Below, piece after piece: positions 58,102 to 64,000 of a DNA stretch of 64,000 nt (the stretch's first letter is position 1; each line of letters opens with the position of its first letter). Location: assembly GCA_037137455.1 (NCBI GenBank), contig JBAXKG010000007.1:12036-76035 (forward strand), written 5' to 3'. The stretch comes from Bacteroidota bacterium (GTDB taxonomy: Bacteria > Bacteroidota > Bacteroidia > Bacteroidales > FEN-979). Under the pieces are notes generated by a model. The model was not told where the DNA came from, made no database searches, and was given only the letters and a program-made list of their open reading frames with translations. The translations under genes were made by a program, and so were the position numbers.

Positions 58102-59895
58102 TCAGGCTTTGTGAACCGGGAGGTTCTTCAGCTGAAGCTCAAATTTCTCAAGGTCTGAGATTAGTTTGGCTTTTTTATCACGGAGATTTACCTTCACATT
58201 TGAAAAAAGCTGTTTATAATATTGAATTCCTTTTTCAAGGTTATCACTGAATGTGGTGAAGTACTCCTGTTGTTTTTCCGACCAGGGACGGGCAGTCTGG
58301 TCCATTTTGCTTTTCAGGTAATCGATGTAAATTATCAATTCTTTCATGAACAGGTTTGGCCGGTCTTTTCGTTTGATTACGTTAATTTTGCCGTAGATAT
58401 GATCAACCATCTCCTTTAGTGTCATCACATCTGAAAAATAGGCCATATTAGGTCCCGGGCAAACAGAAACACCAGCTTTTTCTTTTTTAATATCAAGGTT
58501 GTTTACAAGAAGGGCAGAAGTTCCAAGGCCAACACAGATACAGGCTTTATCAACAATTTTATTGAATTCATCCTGAAATTCGACTTTGCCAAGACCCTTT
58601 GATTCCAATTCCCCAATTTTCAGCTTCTGATATTTTCTTGAAGCTATGCAAAGCATTGGTTCTCCAAACTCATTACTGAGTGCTGCATACTTTTTCGGAC
58701 AGGGATTACCAGGTGTATTGTTTTCAATGTATTCTTCCTTTTCGAGGTCTTTCGTGTTGCCCCTCAGGTTATTGAATGGAACGCCTAATGGGCTGATATC
58801 GCTTACAAACAGGTCGTCTTCTTTGGCATTACACAATAGGTCAAGTGTTTTCTCATCTACATTGACCACTTCGGGAACCAGCAGGAATGGTGTTCCCCAG
58901 CCAACAGAGTCAAGGTTGTAATGCTCAGATAGAAACTGATGCTCCTCTGCTGTTCCAACGCCGCCCTGGGCTGTAATTTTTATATCAAAAGGTTCAGCGG
59001 GGCAAGGACGATTTTTCGATTTGAGGGCCACCTTCAGTAATTCGAATGTTTGTTTTATCAGATCTTCGCGGTTGCGATTGATCTCTTCAAGTACCGGACC
59101 AAGCAGGTAACCGGTTGTAGGGAAGGCATGGCCCCCGCAGTTCAACCCTGATTCAATACGATATTCAGAAACCCATAATCCCTTTTTGGCCAAGTACTTA
59201 CCTTGGATCAGCGCAGACCTGTAATCACTCACCTTGAGGGTGATTTTCTTTTTCAAATTGAAATCTTTGTCAGGAAAGAATTCATCGAAGGTCTCAATAT
59301 AGTTATATAAACGTGGGCTCATCCCAGCTGACAACACGACTGAAGAAGAGAGGTCGCTGTTGACAAATCCTCGCAAAGCAGCGTGTCCATCATTGAATTC
59401 GACAGGAAGCTTTTCATGGTTGCGGTAATTTTCCTTATCCACCTTGGTCATGATGTTCACATCAATGCTTCCCATTGAGAGGTTTTCCTGGATCCATTCA
59501 CGAACATCCAGGTCATTCCAGTTCTGTTTCAGTTGTTCAAACTTCTGTTTCAGTTGCGATGAATCCTGCAGCATCTCAATATATTTTGAGAATTCACTGC
59601 TTTTTTGTTCGAAGGATGTCTTTAGTTCTTCAAATTTTTCTTTTGCAATTTTGTCAACAAGGTTCAGGTATGCGGTAATCCTTTTCGCCCTGAAGTCTTC
59701 AATTTTATCGGAAATGCCCTGGAATGGCAGGTCAAATTTATGACTGTAAAATTCGCGTAGTTTTTCCATCAGCATATCATCGAGCAATGAAATCACTGAT
59801 GAAATACCAAGATGGGCCACCTTCACCGGAGTGTCGATGGAATATCCAATGCCCAATACAGGGATATGGAAAGAATGCGGGGTTATTTTATTCAT
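58102..59895 (-). CDS. 597-aa protein of unknown function, possibly an FMN-dependent TIM-barrel (nitronate monooxygenase/enoyl-reductase-like) enzyme with large insertions
   Basis: ESGLNCGGHAF, AQGGVGTAEEHQFL and GWGTPFLLVPE resemble the GGH, GGI and GT.F motifs of NPD-like barrels. The N-terminus HIPVLGIGYSIDTPVKVAHLGISSVISL is unfamiliar. Confidence 0.35.
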   Translation of the reverse strand: MNKITPHSFHIPVLGIGYSIDTPVKVAHLGISSVISLLDDMLMEKLREFYSHKFDLPFQGISDKIEDFRAKRITAYLNLVDKIAKEKFEELKTSFEQKSSEFSKYIEMLQDSSQLKQKFEQLKQNWNDLDVREWIQENLSMGSIDVNIMTKVDKENYRNHEKLPVEFNDGHAALRGFVNSDLSSSVVLSAGMSPRLYNYIETFDEFFPDKDFNLKKKITLKVSDYRSALIQGKYLAKKGLWVSEYRIESGLNCGGHAFPTTGYLLGPVLEEINRNREDLIKQTFELLKVALKSKNRPCPAEPFDIKITAQGGVGTAEEHQFLSEHYNLDSVGWGTPFLLVPEVVNVDEKTLDLLCNAKEDDLFVSDISPLGVPFNNLRGNTKDLEKEEYIENNTPGNPCPKKYAALSNEFGEPMLCIASRKYQKLKIGELESKGLGKVEFQDEFNKIVDKACICVGLGTSALLVNNLDIKKEKAGVSVCPGPNMAYFSDVMTLKEMVDHIYGKINVIKRKDRPNLFMKELIIYIDYLKSKMDQTARPWSEKQQEYFTTFSDNLEKGIQYYKQLFSNVKVNLRDKKAKLISDLEKFELQLKNLPVHKA

Positions 59896-59934
59896 TTAGA
59901 TAGATAAAGATATTGCAAAGGTACAACATTTTAC

Positions 59935-62322
59935 CTAGAATTGAATCCTCCAGGTTCCCATTGGGAAAAAGGCCATGGTGAAAAAATCCCTGATCTCTCC
60001 TGTTTTGGGGTCGATTCGCTGGACGGAAATATTAGTAAAACTTGTACGATATTGCAGATCAACAAAAAATTCGATATTGTAACCTGGCAGGTTTCTCCTG
60101 ATCCCAAAACGGAAAGCGAAACGTTTATATTCGGGAAAGCGTTGGCTGTATGCCTGTGACCATTCATACACAGGCTCTCCGGAGGCTACGGTTGCTGTTA
60201 CATCAAATGGAATGTAAGGGCTTCCTCCGTTCCACGTGGCCTTTATCCCAAATGACATTACCCCCCATTTGCGTTTTCCCATGATAAATTCGTACCCACC
60301 TGCAGCATTCAAGGCATAATTCACATTAAAGGCCGAATTGCGCGCAATGTCATCGTACCCGTTGTATTTGGAATTAAAAACAGAAGCTGAGAGCAGGAAA
60401 TAATAGTTTTTTCTGAAAAAACGTTCAAAGGTGCATTCAAGGCCATAGTTCTGTCCGGTTCCTTTATTAACAAGACTATCGGCATACTGTCGATCGATGA
60501 AAAACTCATGGCCCTGGTTGCTAAGCGAGTACTGAGGGATGGAGGCTTTGACCGGTATATCGAACAGATACTGGTAATATATCTCGGTTTTGAACCTAAG
60601 GTCTTTGTTCAGAAGGTAATTATATCCAAACGCTATCTGTGCGCTTCGGGTGAACCCAAGGTCAAGGTTTGGCTGAATGGCCTTTCCGCAGGGCAGATGT
60701 GACAGGATGAAATAGATCACCCTGGGTTGCATCTGACTGTAAAGGCCTGTTCCAAAATTGATCGAATGTTGTTTGCTGATGTTCCAGTCAAAGCCGATCC
60801 GTGGTTCTAATGACCAGGAATTGTTTAGTGATAGCCATGATCCGTAAAGACCCTGTGTTGAGGAGAATTTTTCACTAAAAATGTGTTGCCATTGTGTGAA
60901 TCCACGCATCATTTGCATGTTTTCCTTTGAACCGGTATTCGCAATGAAAGCTCCTTTGGAAATTATGCTGTCGGCGAATGACATCTGGAAAAAATCCCAG
61001 TAAATGCCTCCATTCAGAGAATTTTTCGAGGAAAATTTTTTTGTCAGTACTGAAGAAAAGGAGTATTTGATTTCAGTTGATCGCTCGCCGGCCCAGGGTG
61101 ATGGTAATTGTTGAATATTGTTAAATGTGTCGATTTTTGTTCTGGTATCTGAAGCTACCAGATAAATAATGTTTTTCCACATCAAGCTCTTTGCGAGAAA
61201 AATCTGGTGTGAAATGCCCAAAACTCCAAGGTTTGAACCATTTGACAGGTCCTCGCCATAATCGGGGAATAGCCATTTCGATTGTTCCTTCCGGCTGTCA
61301 AAAAGTTCAATAAAACTGAGTCCGCCTATGGCCGTGATGGTGAAATTGCCTGCTTTCCGGGTGGGGATATTTATTTTGATGTTCAGGTCCTGGTATTTTG
61401 GCACGATACCGATATTGATATTAAACAGGTTGAGAAATTGCAGTGGTGAATAACGATAGGAGACAAGAAAGGAGGCCCGGCTATTTTTTGAGAATGGGCC
61501 TTCAGCGCCGAATTCCAGTCCATTCCATCCAATTTCGAACCAATATTCATGTTTTTCCGCGTTTCCATTTCGCATTTTCAAGTCAAATATTCCCGCGAGA
61601 GTGTTGCCATATTGAGCAGGGAAAGCGCCGGTGAAAAAATCGGAATTTGTAACGAGGTTGTTATTCAGGACTGTTACCGGTCCACCTGTTGTTCCTACTG
61701 CCGCAAAATGGTTCGGGTTAGGAATTTCCATGTCGTCGATGCGCCATTGCAGGCCGGTAGGCGAGTTGCCACGCACGATGATATCATTCCGGTTGTCGAT
61801 GCCACTGGTGACGCCTGCGAAGTTGGCAACCATTCGTGCCGGGTCATTGTAGCTCCCTGCAAACCTGAAGGTTTCATCAACACTGAAAGATCGTACACTC
61901 ACCGTTGCCATTTTGTTGATGGCTTCATTTTTCCGGTAACCAGCCCTGATTTCGACTTCGGGAGCATTCAATGTGGTTTCTTCCAAAAATATAGTGGTCA
62001 TGGTTTCTTTACCACTGGTCACAATAAGCGGTTCTGTGATAAAAGGGGCATATCCCATGAAGGTAACCCGGAGTTGATATTGGCCGATTTTAACATGAGT
62101 AAGCTTAAAGCGCCCCAGGGTGTCGGTAACTGCCCCAACCAACGAGTTTGTATCAAGAATGGTAACTGTTGCACCCGATAGTGGTGACTGGGTTTGATTA
62201 TCGAGGACAATGCCCTGAATGCCCGATTTGAGAATCGTTTGTGCAATTCCGGGATGGCCAGGCAGGAAAAATATAAACAGTAAAAAAAATAAGAAATTTT
62301 TCCGGGAGAAGTTGAGAAACAT
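59935..62322 (-). CDS. TonB-dependent receptor with N-terminal carboxypeptidase-regulatory-like domain
   Basis: Signal peptide, then GIVLDNQTQSPLSGATVTILDT...GRFKLTHVKIGQYQLRVTFMGY (CarboxypepD_reg), then a plug (IIVRGNSPTGLQWRIDDMEIPNPNHF), then a beta-barrel ending in an aromatic residue (WRIQF). Confidence 0.85.
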   Translation of the reverse strand: MFLNFSRKNFLFFLLFIFFLPGHPGIAQTILKSGIQGIVLDNQTQSPLSGATVTILDTNSLVGAVTDTLGRFKLTHVKIGQYQLRVTFMGYAPFITEPLIVTSGKETMTTIFLEETTLNAPEVEIRAGYRKNEAINKMATVSVRSFSVDETFRFAGSYNDPARMVANFAGVTSGIDNRNDIIVRGNSPTGLQWRIDDMEIPNPNHFAAVGTTGGPVTVLNNNLVTNSDFFTGAFPAQYGNTLAGIFDLKMRNGNAEKHEYWFEIGWNGLEFGAEGPFSKNSRASFLVSYRYSPLQFLNLFNINIGIVPKYQDLNIKINIPTRKAGNFTITAIGGLSFIELFDSRKEQSKWLFPDYGEDLSNGSNLGVLGISHQIFLAKSLMWKNIIYLVASDTRTKIDTFNNIQQLPSPWAGERSTEIKYSFSSVLTKKFSSKNSLNGGIYWDFFQMSFADSIISKGAFIANTGSKENMQMMRGFTQWQHIFSEKFSSTQGLYGSWLSLNNSWSLEPRIGFDWNISKQHSINFGTGLYSQMQPRVIYFILSHLPCGKAIQPNLDLGFTRSAQIAFGYNYLLNKDLRFKTEIYYQYLFDIPVKASIPQYSLSNQGHEFFIDRQYADSLVNKGTGQNYGLECTFERFFRKNYYFLLSASVFNSKYNGYDDIARNSAFNVNYALNAAGGYEFIMGKRKWGVMSFGIKATWNGGSPYIPFDVTATVASGEPVYEWSQAYSQRFPEYKRFAFRFGIRRNLPGYNIEFFVDLQYRTSFTNISVQRIDPKTGEIRDFFTMAFFPMGTWRIQF

Positions 62323-62342
62323 GAGGTAAATATAGGGAGAAT

Positions 62343-62729
62343 TTACGCTTCCATCATTTCTTCAACCTGTTCAAGGGTAAGGCGCGACCATTTGGGGTTT
62401 ACAAGATTTTTATCCTTCACCTCAAAAGTAACAAGGTCGAAGGTCTCCTCGTAAAAGGTAAGTTTGCTATGCAGGTCAGGAGTATGTTCAATGAAGATAA
62501 AGTTTTCCGGGGTACAATGTAATTTATTCATTATTTGTGTTGCGAGCTGGGCACACCATTCAGTAACCGGCGTTCCGGGGTTTTGACGGTAGATTTCGGT
62601 TGCAATTGCCAATGTTTTGTTATCTTTCCGATTGATGATCTTTAATCCGCATTTAGATGGACTTTCCCATTGTCCTGAATAGTTGAAGTAGTGGTCCATG
62701 TATTTGTCGAAGTCGGGATTGGTCTCCAT
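62343..62729 (-). CDS. hypothetical 128-aa cytoplasmic protein
   Basis: An intact ORF with an ATG start and no signal peptide. I recognised no motif. It is wedged between the radical SAM and receptor genes. Confidence 0.5.
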   Translation of the reverse strand: METNPDFDKYMDHYFNYSGQWESPSKCGLKIINRKDNKTLAIATEIYRQNPGTPVTEWCAQLATQIMNKLHCTPENFIFIEHTPDLHSKLTFYEETFDLVTFEVKDKNLVNPKWSRLTLEQVEEMMEA

Positions 62730-62741
62730 TTATAGATTCTG

Positions 62742-62770
62742 AATGAGTGATTGAGTGAATGAGTGATTGA
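62742..62770 (-). repeat. tandem 8-nt repeat (plus strand A[AT]TGAGTG, about 3.6 copies; minus strand CACTCA[AT]T) in the spacer upstream of the 128-aa ORF
   Basis: Read directly: aatgagtg attgagtg aatgagtg attga. It fills most of the 47-nt gap between the radical SAM stop (62777) and the ATG at 62729. Confidence 0.8.
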
Positions 62771-62776
62771 TATTTT

Positions 62777-64000
62777 CTATGCGACTTTTGGGACTTTTTT
62801 TCCAAAGCTGAGATCGGCGATGTCGCGGCGGCGCGGGGAGTAGGTACCATCTTCAATTTCGCGTGAAACGACTTTGTTTATAAGGTTGAACATCTTCATA
62901 GTCTGGGGTTCATCCTTGTAAAATGTATCCCAGGCATACTGATAGAGTTCTGCCAATCTTTCAGCCGACATATGTTTGGGGTGGTAAACAACTTTCCCGG
63001 CATTGTAATGGTTCCAGTCGGTATCGAATATACGACCCTGTTTCAACAGGTCGCTGTAGGCTTTCGTATGGGGAAATGGAGCAAGAACAGTGAATTCGGC
63101 AAGATCAAGCTCAATTTCGAGCAGAAAGTCAACCAAACGCTTGATATCATCTTCAGTTTGGTTGTCGAGGCCCAAAAGGATCGTGCCTTCAACTGCAATG
63201 CCATATTCATGGTACTGCTTAATTCGATTTTTTATATAATCGGATGTATCGAACACAGCCTGATAAACATACCATGCTCCGGCCTGGGCTGCCAGATCTA
63301 ATACTTCATCTTTATCTTCGATAGTGTGGCTAACCCACTTTTTCTTTAAGGGGATCATAGCTTTGAAAAGATCTTTTTCCCATTGGGTATCGAGGGCAAG
63401 GGAATTATCGACAATGAAAAGGCGGTTGTTGTCCATTTGTGACAGTTCCTCAACAACGCGATCGATGGGGCGGGGCCGGAATCCACGGCCACCAAGGTAA
63501 CGTACGGCACAGGGATAGCAATCATAAATGCAGCCACGGGAAGCATGGAAGAGGTCGACCATTCGAAATCCCTTGTGGTAGTATAAATCTTTTTTCAGTA
63601 TATCTCGTTTTGCCGGGCCAATAAGTCCCATATCGGGTGGCTTGCTAATGAAGTTGTAGATCTTTTTCAGGTCATTTTTTTGAAAATCCTGAAAAAGTTG
63701 ACCAAGGCGACCTTCCACTTCGCCAAGAAATACAGAATCGGCATGTAACATGGTTTCTTCGGCATGCAACATTGTTGAAATTCCACCGAAAATGACTTTT
63801 TTCCCAAGCCTACGGTACTGGTCGGCAATTTCCCATCCCCGTTTGACCTGGGTGGTCAGCATCATCGAAATACCAACAAAGTCAGGGCTTTCATCAATTA
63901 TCAGTTCCTCCACATTTTCATCGGTAAAGTCGATATCGATATTTTGAGGAATGTCGGCGGCCATAACCACCGGACCGTGGGGTGGCAGGTTAAAAATGGT
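62777..64000 (-). CDS. B12-binding-domain radical SAM enzyme (5' end outside the window)
   Basis: PDFVGISMMLTTQ...KVIFGGI is the cobalamin-binding Rossmann-like domain. ASRGCIYDCYPCAV is the CX3CX2C radical SAM cluster. The frame stays open to the window edge (...TIFNLPPHGPVVMAAD...), so the track start at 63970 is internal. Confidence 0.85.
   Translation of the reverse strand, partial: TIFNLPPHGPVVMAADIPQNIDIDFTDENVEELIIDESPDFVGISMMLTTQVKRGWEIADQYRRLGKKVIFGGISTMLHAEETMLHADSVFLGEVEGRLGQLFQDFQKNDLKKIYNFISKPPDMGLIGPAKRDILKKDLYYHKGFRMVDLFHASRGCIYDCYPCAVRYLGGRGFRPRPIDRVVEELSQMDNNRLFIVDNSLALDTQWEKDLFKAMIPLKKKWVSHTIEDKDEVLDLAAQAGAWYVYQAVFDTSDYIKNRIKQYHEYGIAVEGTILLGLDNQTEDDIKRLVDFLLEIELDLAEFTVLAPFPHTKAYSDLLKQGRIFDTDWNHYNAGKVVYHPKHMSAERLAELYQYAWDTFYKDEPQTMKMFNLINKVVSREIEDGTYSPRRRDIADLSFGKKVPKVA

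Noticed and set aside
61549-62181. Long antisense ORFs in the track. Examples: 61549-62181 (+), 21019-21435 (+), 18486-18905 (-), 10466-10873 (-), 31721-32089 (+), 3032-3382 (+), 4958-5257 (-), 52124-52468 (+).
   Set aside because: Each lies wholly inside a much longer ORF on the other strand or in another frame that has clear family motifs. Their translations are low complexity or Cys/Arg/Phe-biased with no recognisable motif. They are typical shadow ORFs.
1-64000. A window-wide search for mobile elements, toxin-antitoxin pairs, restriction-modification, CRISPR-Cas, retrons or other defence systems, and for tRNA or rRNA genes.
   Set aside because: - I found no transposase, integrase, reverse transcriptase, nuclease-helicase or methylase/endonuclease pairs.
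- Apart from the two gaps treated above, no intergenic gap is long enough for a structured RNA gene.

Overview
This window looks like a dense, low-GC chromosomal segment from a member of the Bacteroidota. Supporting signs are type IX secretion (T9SS) sorting domains, a PorP/SprF gene, TAnnTTTG -7 promoter boxes and frequent TTG or non-AUG starts. I saw no rRNA, tRNA, CRISPR array, transposase, integrase or recognisable defence genes.

Layout:
- 1-14.2 kb: housekeeping genes (folD 3' end, queE, an OmpA/PD40 protein, the thrS-infC-rpmI-rplT operon, a thioredoxin-fold protein, DUF218, DUF4301, an XRE HTH regulator, ndk, a DHH phosphoesterase and two FKBP isomerases). This block is interrupted by an unusual 616-bp AT-rich gap (9668-10283) that carries a perfect 28-bp palindrome and repeated TACAAATGTAA-type sites.
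- 14.2-19.3 kb: a three-gene T9SS cargo operon. The first gene contains a G9 homopolymer.
- 19.3-41.3 kb: a ~22-kb run of 19 genes on the minus strand with gaps of 82 nt or less. It is a Wzx/Wzy-type exopolysaccharide locus that also encodes two sensor-less hybrid histidine kinases, a CheY-like regulator, a degenerate-receiver::priming-transferase fusion, a chain-length protein containing LysM, and a half-size TolC-like protein where Wza would normally sit.
- 41.4-51.3 kb: uvrB, an EEP phosphoesterase, two rhomboid proteases, mutL, a small membrane protein, an amidohydrolase and a secreted protein of unknown function.
- 51.4-64.0 kb, running off the window: a tightly packed minus-strand cluster. 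It encodes a B12-radical SAM enzyme, a 128-aa protein, a TonB-dependent receptor, a 597-aa protein that looks like an FMN-dependent TIM-barrel enzyme, an O-methyltransferase, an ABC-2 permease, a BtrH-like transferase, an acyl carrier protein (ACP), a sulfotransferase and a PaaK-like ligase. There is no ketosynthase or NRPS domain. I consider this the best candidate for an undescribed system, namely a pathway to a sulfated and methylated acylated metabolite.

All functional calls come from motifs read by eye. No database search was run.
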